From: Clostridia bacterium
GTDB lineage: Bacteria; Bacillota; Clostridia; Oscillospirales; CAG-272
Length of the DNA stretch: 64,000 nt
Direction: 5' to 3'
NCBI GenBank assembly: GCA_033808535.1
Contig: JAPXNL010000001.1
Coordinates: 2,010-66,009 of the forward strand
In this document: positions 50,775 to 59,789 of the stretch, in pieces
Position numbering within the stretch: the stretch's first letter is position 1
Layout: every line of letters starts with the position of its first letter
Translations under genes and position numbers: made by a program
Notes under the pieces: model-generated
Database searches by the model: none
What the model was told of the DNA's origin: nothing
Seen by the model: the letters and a program-made list of their open reading frames with translations, nothing else

Positions 50775-50822
50775 AAAAACCCGGCATCGTTCTTCGTGCG
50801 GAGCTGATGCCGGTTTTTTTGT
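50775..50822. terminator. Bidirectional rho-independent terminator (lepA / dehydratase gene)
   Basis: aaaaaCCGGCATC...GATGCCGGttttttt. Confidence 0.85.
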
Positions 50823-50859
50823 TTTGTATACTAATTTAGTCGTACTGTTCCATGCCGGA

Positions 50860-52062
50860 TTACGGATGATTATACGTTCCGTCGGGCAGGCGGGTCTGAG
50901 TCCAGCGGGTGACGCCGTCGTCGCAGGGGAAGCGCGCGGCAAGCTCTTCGTTTATATCTATGCCCAGACCCGGACGGTCGTTTGCATAGACGAATCCTTT
51001 TCTGTATTCGGGGCAGCCCGGGAAAATCTCGCGCAGTGTATCGTTGAGCCCTGCCCATTCCTGGATGCCAAAGTTGTGCGCCACAAGGTCGAGATGGATG
51101 TTCGCCGCATGACCGACCGGCGAAACGTCGCCCGGACCGTGGAACGCGGTGCGGATTCCGAACGCCTCGCACAGTATCGACAGCTTGCGCGCGGGAGTGA
51201 TGCCGCCGATAGCGCTTACATGCACGCGGATGAAGTCTATAAGCCGCTCGGCGATGAGATAGTCGTATTCTTTGGGGTTGACGAACAGCTCGCCCATGGC
51301 GATCGGCGTCGTGCACTGCCGGCGTATCATCCGGTACCACTCCGACTGCTCGGGCGAGAGCGTGTCCTCGTAGAAAAACAGGCGGTATTTTTCAAGGTCT
51401 TTTGCCAGTGCCACCGACTGGATTGCAGGCAGCCGCTCGTGCGTGTCGTGCAGCAGCTCCACCTCGTCGCCGATGTTGGTGCGAATGTACTCGAACAGCT
51501 TCAGCGTGTTCCTGTAATACTGGTCGGGGCAGTAGTAGACGCCGTCGGGCACGCCGTCCGGCCTGTTTAGCTGGGATGCCCGCCCGCCGTATCCGCCGAA
51601 CTGGATGCGGATGTGGTCGACGCCCTGCTCCATAAACCGCCGCATGTTCTCGGCCACCTGCTCCAGCGTCGTGCCGTCCGCGTGCCTGTAGACGCGCACC
51701 GCCGGGCGCGATTTGCCGCCCAGCAGGTCGTAAACCGGCATGCCTGCCATCTTGCCCTTTATATCCCACAGCGCCATGTCGACACCCGAGATCGCGTTGT
51801 TTGTTATCGGCCCGCTGCGCCAGTATGAGTTGCTGTTCATCAGGCTCCACAAATCTTCGATCTGCGAAACGTCGCGACCGGCAAGCAATGGCGAGAGATA
51901 ATCCTCCACAACGCATTTAACCGCCTTTGTGCGGTATGCAAAAGTGGCGCAGCCCAGCCCGTACAGGCCCGGTTCCGATGTTTCCACCTTTACAACGACG
52001 AGGTTGCAGCCTGCCGGCGCCGTGCAAATTGCGCGTATGTTGCGTATTGTTACTGCGGACAT
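50860..52062 (-). CDS. Enolase-superfamily D-mannonate/galactonate dehydratase family protein (ManD/RspA-like)
   Basis: 400-aa ORF with NLVVVKVETSEPGLYGLGCATF...AISGVDMALWDIKGK... Confidence 0.8.
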   Translation of the reverse strand: MSAVTIRNIRAICTAPAGCNLVVVKVETSEPGLYGLGCATFAYRTKAVKCVVEDYLSPLLAGRDVSQIEDLWSLMNSNSYWRSGPITNNAISGVDMALWDIKGKMAGMPVYDLLGGKSRPAVRVYRHADGTTLEQVAENMRRFMEQGVDHIRIQFGGYGGRASQLNRPDGVPDGVYYCPDQYYRNTLKLFEYIRTNIGDEVELLHDTHERLPAIQSVALAKDLEKYRLFFYEDTLSPEQSEWYRMIRRQCTTPIAMGELFVNPKEYDYLIAERLIDFIRVHVSAIGGITPARKLSILCEAFGIRTAFHGPGDVSPVGHAANIHLDLVAHNFGIQEWAGLNDTLREIFPGCPEYRKGFVYANDRPGLGIDINEELAARFPCDDGVTRWTQTRLPDGTYNHP

Positions 52063-52093
52063 AATTTTATCCTCCGATTTATAATCAGAAAAA

Positions 52094-53890
52094 TCAGCTT
52101 ATCAGTATATTTATCCCGTCTGCGCCGCGCGTCACCATCACAGACCTGCCGTCCGCAAACACCGCGCCCTGCCGCTCCGGCGTGTTTATAATCTCGGCTA
52201 TCTCGCACGGGTCGGCATCTGCCGACAGCACTGCGCAAGCAATATCGCTGGGGGTATCCGGGGAGATTTCATAATACAGCGTCATCACCGGGCGTGTAAC
52301 GGAGGCGGCCGACGCCGCGTCGGCGACACGTTTCCACGAACCGCTTGCCGTGCGCACGTCGCAGTGCAGACTGCGGCTGCAGAGATTGACGTAATTGAAC
52401 CCGCCGTTTGCGACCATGCCGCCGCGTTCAAGGGACGAGTGCCCCTCCCGGATGTCGCCGCGCGCAAGACACTGGTCGACCGCGGTGCGCGTGCCGTCCG
52501 GTCCTGTAATGCCGCAGCCGAGTATTACCATGCCGCCGTCAAACGCGATGTAAGCCATGTAACCATTAAGTCTGTCGCCCTCGAGCCGCAGGGCGAGTGC
52601 GCCCAGCCTGCCGTCGGCGCAGCCTGCACAGTCGCGGTTTTTCCCGCGCGGACCCGCCCAGCCGCCTGTAAATGAGCGAAGCTCGTCGTCGCTGTATGCG
52701 GGCGATGTTGTGCCGGGCAATAGCGACCAGTCCCATACGGGCGCCAAGTTATAATATTCATGCCCGTCAGCCATAAAGCAGGCGTTGCCGCCTCGCGCCA
52801 GATTGTAGCCGAGCCGGTTTTCGCCGTTGCCCCACTCGGTGGCGGCGAGATCCGCATGTGCGCCGCGCACGCCCATGTGAAATCCCGGTCGGTTGTGGGA
52901 AAGAAAATATGTATGATCGAAATATTTCGTACCGGTAAAGCCTTCGGCACCTTCGTCCAGCGAGTTGTAAAGCATATTCAGCGCGTCGCGATGCTCGTAT
53001 TCGGCTGTGCGCAGCATATAGCCAATCGCCGACTTTATCGCCTCCGACGACAGAGCGCCTGGTCTTGCAATCTCGCGCCCGGTTGCGATGTAGTCCACCG
53101 CATGACACCGCATGAAATATCGCTGGCCGTCGAGAACAAACGATTCAAAGATGCGTATTTTATCGTCAGGCAGCAAATATGCCGTGCCCGACAGCATGTA
53201 TATCAGTTTTGCCGTGTCAGCCGTGAACGCCCTGCCATAGCCGCAGGAATAAAGCTGCGGCCCGTGCTGGTAAAAGCTGAAGTCGGGTTTTATACCCTCT
53301 GCAGCGCCAGGCGCGATTGTAACCTCCGCGGCAAACCGCTCGGACGCGGCGCGCAGCAGCCCGTCGTCCCGGGTCAAAAGCGCATAGTAGATAGTGTTCC
53401 GCACGCCCCAGAGCAGGTTTGCGCCTGTCCACTTAAGTATCGGGGGATTATGCGAAAAAGAGCCGCGCGATATGACTTTAAGGCAGCGCTCAAGCCTCTG
53501 CCCGTCGATTTTATCGCCCATAAGCAGGCATACGGCTGCGAGGTCTGTCGGTGTGCCGATCTGGTTATGCCACCAGTTGGGGTTTGTGAAATCGTTATCG
53601 AGCCAGAAATCGACCGCCGCGAGTATATCGTCGTCGGACAGCCCGTTATCTTCTTCGGTGCGGCTTGCAAGCTCCGAGCGGAGCCTGCCGAGATGGGACC
53701 GGCACTGCCACAGCGATACGGTCTTGTCGTTGTAGTCGATATCCGGGTAATACGCATGCGCGCCTTCTTTTATGAGCGCGGGGGATTTCCCTCCGAGCGT
53801 CACTCCGTCCACATAGCTCGGCTTGCGTCCGCCTGCGTCCTCGCGCAGTATTTTAACCGCGCGAAGAGCGACTGTGTCAAGGTCGTTCAT
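52094..53890 (-). CDS. Polysaccharide lyase family 8-like protein (hyaluronate/chondroitin/xanthan lyase fold), no signal peptide
   Basis: NPNWWHNQIGTPTDLAAVCLLMG and PDFSFYQHGPQLYSCGYG resemble the PL8 blocks NWWxxEIGxP and DGSFxQHxxxxYxGxYG. Confidence 0.65.
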   Translation of the reverse strand: MNDLDTVALRAVKILREDAGGRKPSYVDGVTLGGKSPALIKEGAHAYYPDIDYNDKTVSLWQCRSHLGRLRSELASRTEEDNGLSDDDILAAVDFWLDNDFTNPNWWHNQIGTPTDLAAVCLLMGDKIDGQRLERCLKVISRGSFSHNPPILKWTGANLLWGVRNTIYYALLTRDDGLLRAASERFAAEVTIAPGAAEGIKPDFSFYQHGPQLYSCGYGRAFTADTAKLIYMLSGTAYLLPDDKIRIFESFVLDGQRYFMRCHAVDYIATGREIARPGALSSEAIKSAIGYMLRTAEYEHRDALNMLYNSLDEGAEGFTGTKYFDHTYFLSHNRPGFHMGVRGAHADLAATEWGNGENRLGYNLARGGNACFMADGHEYYNLAPVWDWSLLPGTTSPAYSDDELRSFTGGWAGPRGKNRDCAGCADGRLGALALRLEGDRLNGYMAYIAFDGGMVILGCGITGPDGTRTAVDQCLARGDIREGHSSLERGGMVANGGFNYVNLCSRSLHCDVRTASGSWKRVADAASAASVTRPVMTLYYEISPDTPSDIACAVLSADADPCEIAEIINTPERQGAVFADGRSVMVTRGADGINILIS

Positions 53891-53937
53891 TTGTGTCGCC
53901 TCCGATCAAAAAATGTGCAGGGTGCCATGTTACGCCT

Positions 53938-53966
53938 ATTATAGCCTCACCTTTCATCGGTGTCAA
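53938..53966 (-). promoter_or_regulatory. Consensus sigma-A-type promoter for the PL8/ManD genes
   Basis: On the minus strand, TTGACA (53961-53966), 17 nt, TATAAT (53938-53943), about 45 nt upstream of the ATG. Confidence 0.7.
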
Positions 53967-53995
53967 TAAAAAAGCCGCATCTCCGCGGCTTTCAC

Positions 53996-54024
53996 TTGAT
54001 ACAAAAATAAAGGTGTGGTATACT
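53996..54024 (+). promoter_or_regulatory. Promoter for the SRAP gene
   Basis: TTGATA (53996-54001), 17 nt, TATACT (54019-54024). Confidence 0.6.
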
Positions 54025-54082
54025 ATGCAAATGTATATAATATATACAATGTATATTTTTTCATTAACCGGAGGGCGGGCAG

Positions 54083-54658
54083 ATGTGCGGCAGATACACA
54101 ATCTTCACGGACGCGGACGAGCGGGAACTGTTTGAGATTATAGCGGCTGCAAATAAAAAGTACGGCGACGGGAGTTTCAGAACCGGAGAGATTTTTCCGG
54201 GCGATACGGTCCCAGTGCTGACCGTCCCGTCTTTTCGTGAGCCGTCGCTGTTTACATGGGGATTTCCGGCGCGCAGCGGCAGCAGGCCGATTATCAACGC
54301 GCGCAGCGAAACCGCGGCCCAAAAGCCGATGTTCCGCGACGCTGTTATTGCCCGGCGCTGCATAATCCCATCGACAGGCTTCTACGAATGGGATGCGGAA
54401 AAGAAAAAATATCTTTTCACATTGCCAGACTCAAAAATGCTTTATATGGCGGGACTTTACAGCTACTTTGGCGGCGCCGCGCAGTATGTGATTTTGACTG
54501 CACCGGCAAACGCATCCGTAGCGGAGACGCACAACCGCATGCCGGTTGTACTGCGCCGGGAAATGCTCCGCCCGTGGCTGACCGACGAAGGCGCGGCTAT
54601 GGAGATATTGCATACCGAGCCGCCGGAACTGTCGCGCGAACTCGCAGGCGCCGGCTGA
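54083..54658 (+). CDS. SOS-response-associated peptidase (SRAP/YedK-like abasic-site crosslinking protein)
   Basis: MCGRYTIF N-terminus (catalytic Cys2), INARSET, FYEW. Confidence 0.85.
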   Translation: MCGRYTIFTDADERELFEIIAAANKKYGDGSFRTGEIFPGDTVPVLTVPSFREPSLFTWGFPARSGSRPIINARSETAAQKPMFRDAVIARRCIIPSTGFYEWDAEKKKYLFTLPDSKMLYMAGLYSYFGGAAQYVILTAPANASVAETHNRMPVVLRREMLRPWLTDEGAAMEILHTEPPELSRELAGAG

Positions 54659-54801
54659 CGGGTTTTAGCTGTTCGTGCAAGTACCAAAGGGCTATTGTGC
54701 GCTCTCGCACAGGTGCAGGCTGATAGAAATTTAGTATTTATGCAGCACCAAAAAGCTATTGTGCACCCTCGCGTAAGCGCAGAATAAACGACTATATCTC
54801 A

Positions 54802-55266
54802 TCAACTGAAGTCAATTAATTTCTCGCCCAGCCGCCTTATAAGCGCGGATATCCTGTTTGCTCTTGTTTCTTCTTTTTTTGCAAGCTCTATGTAATTTTT
54901 CTGCTCCCGCTTAAGGTAACCGGGCTGATTTTCAAATGTTTCGTATACGCCTGACGACTGAAGGCGCGATTTTATATACTCAGGCACAACAAGCTCCCGC
55001 TTTTTGGTGTCCGGCTCCAGCGTTATATGAACGCTGGAGCCGGTATCTTTGCCGACTGCCCGCCTGATAAATTCGTTATACACTATATAATGCCCGTTTT
55101 TTGACGGCAGCATTGTGTGCTCAAATCTGTGTCCGTCCACCGTTATAATAACCGGTATATTGCCCTTCGTTCCGAAATGCTCTGAAGCGGAGAAAGGGAA
55201 ATATATAACGCTCCATTTAATCTTGCCTTCAAGCCTTGTTATTACGCCGTCAAATTCAAAAACCAT
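54802..55266 (-). CDS. DUF1905 plus YdeI-like C-terminal domain protein
   Basis: 154-aa ORF with IKWSVIYFPFSASEHFGTKGNIPVIITVDGHRFEHTMLP, then ...YLKREQKNYIELAKKEETRANRI. Confidence 0.6.
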   Translation of the reverse strand: MVFEFDGVITRLEGKIKWSVIYFPFSASEHFGTKGNIPVIITVDGHRFEHTMLPSKNGHYIVYNEFIRRAVGKDTGSSVHITLEPDTKKRELVVPEYIKSRLQSSGVYETFENQPGYLKREQKNYIELAKKEETRANRISALIRRLGEKLIDFS

Positions 55267-55476
55267 ATCTCTGTCCCTCGGATTATAATTACTGTTTTCC
55301 TGCGGCGCGCAGCAGTCACAGCAAAGCGCCGCGTACAGGATCTCTTAAAACGGAATCCGGACCGCTTATCTGGCGGCCCGGATTTTTTTGAGCAAAATTG
55401 CGAGTGAAATTGCGAAGATTTTCTAAAGCTTAAATGCGAGCTTGATAGCGATGCAATTAAGCTCGCATTTGAGGTT

Positions 55477-56970
55477 TTACATATCCATATATTTTTCGAG
55501 ATTTTCAACCAGTTTGGAGAGGTTTTTGTTCCACGCCTTCTCCTGCTTGGCTATGACCGAGGCGAACTTGGTGTTTCTTATATTATCGTAGAAGAGGTTG
55601 AGCATGCCGCCAACCGTGTCGCCCCATGTGAATGCGAAGTCGGTCGTAATGCTGTCGTGGATGAGGTCGAGCATCGCCGCAGACTGCTCGTCGCGTGAGT
55701 ACTTGTTCTTGAGCGCGAGGTCATAGTACACCGGCGTTATCATGGAGCTTGACATGGAGCCAAGCGCTTCGAGCGTCGCGCCGATACCGTCGAGGTTGCC
55801 CAGCGACGCTGTAATCGGCACACCGTAGAGCGGTACGCCGTCGTACTGGTTGACTATATATTTAGGTTGGGATTCGTCATACTTGGGCAGCGGGATTATG
55901 AAATAGTCGGTTTCCATCGCGCGCATTTTTTCATTTTCGCAGGTTCCGAATGTGGAGGGGAAGAACAGCAGCCTGTTGTCAACGAACATAGCGAGCGCGG
56001 TCGCATCGAATTTATCGTTTGCTAAAAGCAGCGTCGCGTTACCCGACTCAAAGAACAGGTTGTAGAGCTTGTTGAAAACGTCTATTGTATGCTCGTTGTT
56101 GACTGTAATCGTAATGTTGCCTTCCGCATCGCGCGTGCTGTAGTCAACGCCCGAAGCGAATGCCATTCCGTTGAGGACGTGACCCTGCTGCATGGCGAAA
56201 CCGAATATATCGTTTTCATCGGACTTGCTGTCGCCGTTGATGTCCTGATATGCGCCTATCGAGTACTGCTTAAGCGAATCGAGCGTCCATGTACCGTTGT
56301 TGACAACGTCGTAAATGGTCTGTTCTTTGTAGAGGTCGGTCCATAAACCGGAGTTGACATACATGCAGTATATGGTAGATATATAGCTGATTGTAATATC
56401 GCCCGTCGACCAGTAATGGACATCCTTGTATGCGATCTCGTCCATATACATCTGGCTCCAGTAGGGCTTTTCGAAGTTGAGATAATTTAAATTGTCGAGA
56501 TTTTTCAGGTATCCTCTCGAAGCGAGCTGGATATCAAAACGAGCGTGTCCGACAATGATATCATAATCGTCGGAATTGGCCTGTATAAACATTCCGACGG
56601 CGTTGGCAAGCTGGTTCATGCCCGTTTCCTTGAGCAGCTGTATATCAACGTTCAAACGGGACTCGAGTGCCTGGTTGCGTTTCCACACCGCTTCGTTGAT
56701 AATATCTCCGGTGTCCTGCTCCGCTTCGTCAATGTCAATCGAGCGCGCATCCCTGTCGACCTGGAATGTGATAAACCTGATGGCCTGCCCGTCAAAGTTC
56801 ATCATATCCGGCATGTCATCGGGATACAGGTCTTCAGTTTCCTCCGTGGTTTCAGCAGCAGAGGTATCTGTCGCGGACTGGCTATCCTCAGCACAGGCAA
56901 AAAGTGAGGCTGTTATGATAAAAGCAAGCACCGCAGCGAGGGTACGCTTAAAAATATCCGGTGATTTCAT
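55477..56970 (-). CDS. ABC-type extracellular solute-binding lipoprotein (paralogue of 16149-17621)
   Basis: Lipobox ASLFAC and an acidic linker. Shared blocks with the other SBP (e.g. MRAMETDYFIIPLPKYDESQ). No permease or ATPase genes adjacent. Two hairpins downstream (55432-55470, 55352-55388). Confidence 0.65.
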   Translation of the reverse strand: MKSPDIFKRTLAAVLAFIITASLFACAEDSQSATDTSAAETTEETEDLYPDDMPDMMNFDGQAIRFITFQVDRDARSIDIDEAEQDTGDIINEAVWKRNQALESRLNVDIQLLKETGMNQLANAVGMFIQANSDDYDIIVGHARFDIQLASRGYLKNLDNLNYLNFEKPYWSQMYMDEIAYKDVHYWSTGDITISYISTIYCMYVNSGLWTDLYKEQTIYDVVNNGTWTLDSLKQYSIGAYQDINGDSKSDENDIFGFAMQQGHVLNGMAFASGVDYSTRDAEGNITITVNNEHTIDVFNKLYNLFFESGNATLLLANDKFDATALAMFVDNRLLFFPSTFGTCENEKMRAMETDYFIIPLPKYDESQPKYIVNQYDGVPLYGVPITASLGNLDGIGATLEALGSMSSSMITPVYYDLALKNKYSRDEQSAAMLDLIHDSITTDFAFTWGDTVGGMLNLFYDNIRNTKFASVIAKQEKAWNKNLSKLVENLEKYMDM

Positions 56971-57107
56971 TTTAATTTAACCTCATTTCAGTTGTATATA
57001 GTAATACAATTATACCATTCGCATTCTGTGATGTCAACAATAATGAAACAAAAGTACAACTGACGGTTTAACAACAAAGCGACGTTTATAAATAGTGACG
57101 AATGTGG

Positions 57108-58013
57108 TTACATATAACCGCCCCTGCGGAGTTCCTCGAGTCCCCCGCCGTCCTCTTTGTCCTGTTCGCGGCCCGAACGCTCTGCAATGTTGGCAAACTT
57201 TCCTGTTTTAAGCTCCTCTATAATTTCGTCTACCGTGGACGCGTCCGACTGAACGGGCTTTGTGCACGGCGCGCAGCCGAGCGAACGGTAGCGTGTGCCG
57301 TCGCCGTGGTTGAAATACAGCGACACGACCGGAACGCCCTCGCGGCGTATGTATTCCCACACGTCGAGCTCTGTCCAGTCGAGAAGCGGATGGATGCGGA
57401 CATGTGTGCCCGGCGCGAAGTCGGTTTTATACTGCCCCCAGAACTCCGGCGGCTGGTCGCCGACATCCCAGTCGCTGCGCTTGTCGCGAGGCGAGAAATA
57501 GCGCTCCTTGGAGCGGCTGCCTTCCTCGTCGGCACGCACGCCGACAATAACGCCCGTAAACGGCTCGCGGTTGGTGTCCTGCTCGTACTGGCCGGTGGCG
57601 TGGTTCATCCTGTAGCGCGGCCATTCGCCCGAAAGCGTGTATTTCAGGGCGTCGGTTTTGAGCAGGCGGCAGCACTCGATGCGCGTGGCGTTGCCGTCGG
57701 GGAATGTGCGGCGCGAGTCGAGCGCCTCGCGGTTTTCGCCGAATATCATGTCCAGCTTCCACTCGCGCGCGAGCCGGTCGCGGTACTCGATCATTTCGGG
57801 AATTTTGTAATGCGTGTCGATGTGTATAAGCGGAAAAGGCACATGCCCGAAAAACGCCTTTCGGGCGAGACACAGCAGCACGGTGCTGTCCTTGCCTATC
57901 GACCAGAGCATGCAAAGATTTTTAAAATTCGCATACGCCTCGCGCAGGATATGCACGCTGCGCGCCTCAAGTTTGTCAAGATAGTTTTCCTCGCGATGGG
58001 TAGTGTTATCCAT
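57108..58013 (-). CDS. cysD: Sulfate adenylyltransferase subunit 2
   Basis: [42 protein letters not shown]. Confidence 0.88.
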   Translation of the reverse strand: MDNTTHREENYLDKLEARSVHILREAYANFKNLCMLWSIGKDSTVLLCLARKAFFGHVPFPLIHIDTHYKIPEMIEYRDRLAREWKLDMIFGENREALDSRRTFPDGNATRIECCRLLKTDALKYTLSGEWPRYRMNHATGQYEQDTNREPFTGVIVGVRADEEGSRSKERYFSPRDKRSDWDVGDQPPEFWGQYKTDFAPGTHVRIHPLLDWTELDVWEYIRREGVPVVSLYFNHGDGTRYRSLGCAPCTKPVQSDASTVDEIIEELKTGKFANIAERSGREQDKEDGGGLEELRRGGYM

Positions 58014-58063
58014 GGCAATTTGTTCTCCTGTAATATGTGAAAACTGCGCCGTTTTAAAGGGAT

Positions 58064-59425
58064 TTATGCGTTTATAAAATCGTTTTCCGGCCTGTTGATA
58101 ATGTAAAAGCCTATTTCGTTTTTCAGATTCTGCCTGTTATATGTCAGCGGCGTGCCGTCGGTCTGCACCACAATCGCTCCCGCGGCTTCACATATGCACT
58201 GCATTGCGGCGGTGTCCCATTCCATTGTGGGCCCGAAACGTATATAAACGTCGGCTTCGCCCGCGGCAACCCTGCAGCCCTTGAGCGAACTGCCCGCAGT
58301 AACCGTGCGCGCAATGCGGTCTTTGTTTGCCTCAAGCAATGTTTCCTCGCGCGGGTCGCCGTGCGACCGGCTGCGCATGACGACAAGATCTGACATGCGA
58401 CTGCTGACATGCAGCCGTTCGACCTCTCCGTCGCTGCGCTTTCTGTATGCTCCGCCGCCCCTGCACGCGCTGTAAAGCTCGCCCGTGATCGGGACATAAA
58501 CCACTCCGACGACCGGCACGCCGCTCCAAGCAAGCGCGATATTGACCGTAAACTCCCCGTTGCGCTTTATAAACTCCTTTGTCCCGTCGAGCGGGTCGAC
58601 GATAAAACAGCGTTTTGAATAAAGCCGCGACCTGTCGTCGGCGCTTTCCTCGGCAAGGATGGGTATAAAGGGAAATTCACGCTTTAAAATATCGACGATC
58701 ACGGCGTTTGCGCGTTTGTCGGCGATTGTGAGCGGAGAGCTGTCAGCTTTCAGCTCGACTTTGAAGTCGTCCGTGCCGTATACAGCCATTATCTCTTTGC
58801 CCGCACACAGCGCCGCCTCTGTCATCGCAGGCAAAAACTGACGGCGTATAACCTCCGCAACCACGGCGGATGCGCACTCGTCAACGCTTTGTCCCGCAGT
58901 GTCGAGCGTCAGCTCGGGGTTTTCCGGCGCTTCATACGGCGCGGACACGCCGGTGAACTCTGTTATCACGCCTGCGCGCGCTTTTTTGTAAAGCCCCTTG
59001 ACGTCGCGCTGCTCGCAGATTTCGATCGGCGCACAGACGTATATTTCGACAAAATCGCAGCGTGACAATATGCGCTTGCGCGCCGCAGCCCTGCTCGCTT
59101 TGGCGGGTGATATGGCCGACACCAGAACTATCTGCCCGCTGTCGGCAAGCAGATACGCGGCTTCGGTCAGCCTGCGGATGTTCTCGGCGCGGTCGGCGGG
59201 CGAGAAGCCCAGATCAGAATTGAGTCCGGTGCGCATGTTGTCGCCGTCGAGTATATAGGCCGAAAATCCCATCTCGACAAGCCTGGCTTCAACTTCGGCT
59301 GCCACCGTCGATTTGCCGCTGCCTGAAAGTCCTGTAAACCACAGCACCATTGCGCGCTGGCCGGTGAGTGCGCGCCTTTGCTCGGGCGTAACTGTTGAGG
59401 CGCGCGGAAAGATATTTTCATTCAT
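58064..59425 (-). CDS. Fusion protein: adenylylsulfate (APS) kinase plus 3'(2'),5'-bisphosphate nucleotidase (CysQ-like)
   Basis: N-terminal half: [32 protein letters not shown] (CysC). C-terminal half: [30 protein letters not shown] (inositol-monophosphatase/CysQ fold). Confidence 0.8.
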   Translation of the reverse strand: MNENIFPRASTVTPEQRRALTGQRAMVLWFTGLSGSGKSTVAAEVEARLVEMGFSAYILDGDNMRTGLNSDLGFSPADRAENIRRLTEAAYLLADSGQIVLVSAISPAKASRAAARKRILSRCDFVEIYVCAPIEICEQRDVKGLYKKARAGVITEFTGVSAPYEAPENPELTLDTAGQSVDECASAVVAEVIRRQFLPAMTEAALCAGKEIMAVYGTDDFKVELKADSSPLTIADKRANAVIVDILKREFPFIPILAEESADDRSRLYSKRCFIVDPLDGTKEFIKRNGEFTVNIALAWSGVPVVGVVYVPITGELYSACRGGGAYRKRSDGEVERLHVSSRMSDLVVMRSRSHGDPREETLLEANKDRIARTVTAGSSLKGCRVAAGEADVYIRFGPTMEWDTAAMQCICEAAGAIVVQTDGTPLTYNRQNLKNEIGFYIINRPENDFINA

Positions 59426-59483
59426 GAGCCATACTCCGGGTTAATATAATTGATAACATGATAGTGAAAGGACGGACAAGACC

Positions 59484-59789
59484 GTGAATATATACACAAA
59501 CCGCCCGGCTAACCGCATTTCACGCCGGGCACGCGCCGCAGAGCGGCGTGTGACGCTTGCCGCTGTGCTGCTTACGTTTTCGGTTATTGTTACGCTTGCC
59601 ACAATAAGGCGCATCATCGACAGCCAGAAAACCGGCAGCCTGTCGGAGGCTGCCGCGCTTGCCTACGCCGCGGTCGTGCCGACTGAAAGCGCATCGGATA
59701 CGGGCGGCGACACTTTGGCAGACAACGATGATATCACCAACGAAAGTTTTGTCGACGACAATTTTGTCGCCGGTGACATTATAGCATAA
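59484..59789 (+). CDS. Hypothetical single-pass membrane protein
   Basis: GTG start, basic N-terminus (RRARAAERR), TM helix (VTLAAVLLTFSVIVTLATI), acidic tail. Ends 2 nt after the next frame opens. Confidence 0.35.
   Translation: MNIYTNRPANRISRRARAAERRVTLAAVLLTFSVIVTLATIRRIIDSQKTGSLSEAAALAYAAVVPTESASDTGGDTLADNDDITNESFVDDNFVAGDIIA

Noticed and set aside
53967-53995. The hairpin AGCCGC-atctcc-GCGGCT with an A-run, in the PL8/SRAP divergent region. Considered as an attenuator or riboswitch terminator.
   Set aside because: On the minus strand it lies upstream of the PL8 -35 hexamer, not in the leader. On the plus strand no gene precedes it. It is more simply an insulating hairpin or an A/T-rich UP-like element.
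55389-55431. AAATTGCGAG / AAATTGCGAA / AAATGCGAG short direct repeats.
   Set aside because: Only 9-10 nt each, adjacent to and partly forming the terminator hairpin of the SBP gene. There is no evidence for an independent element.
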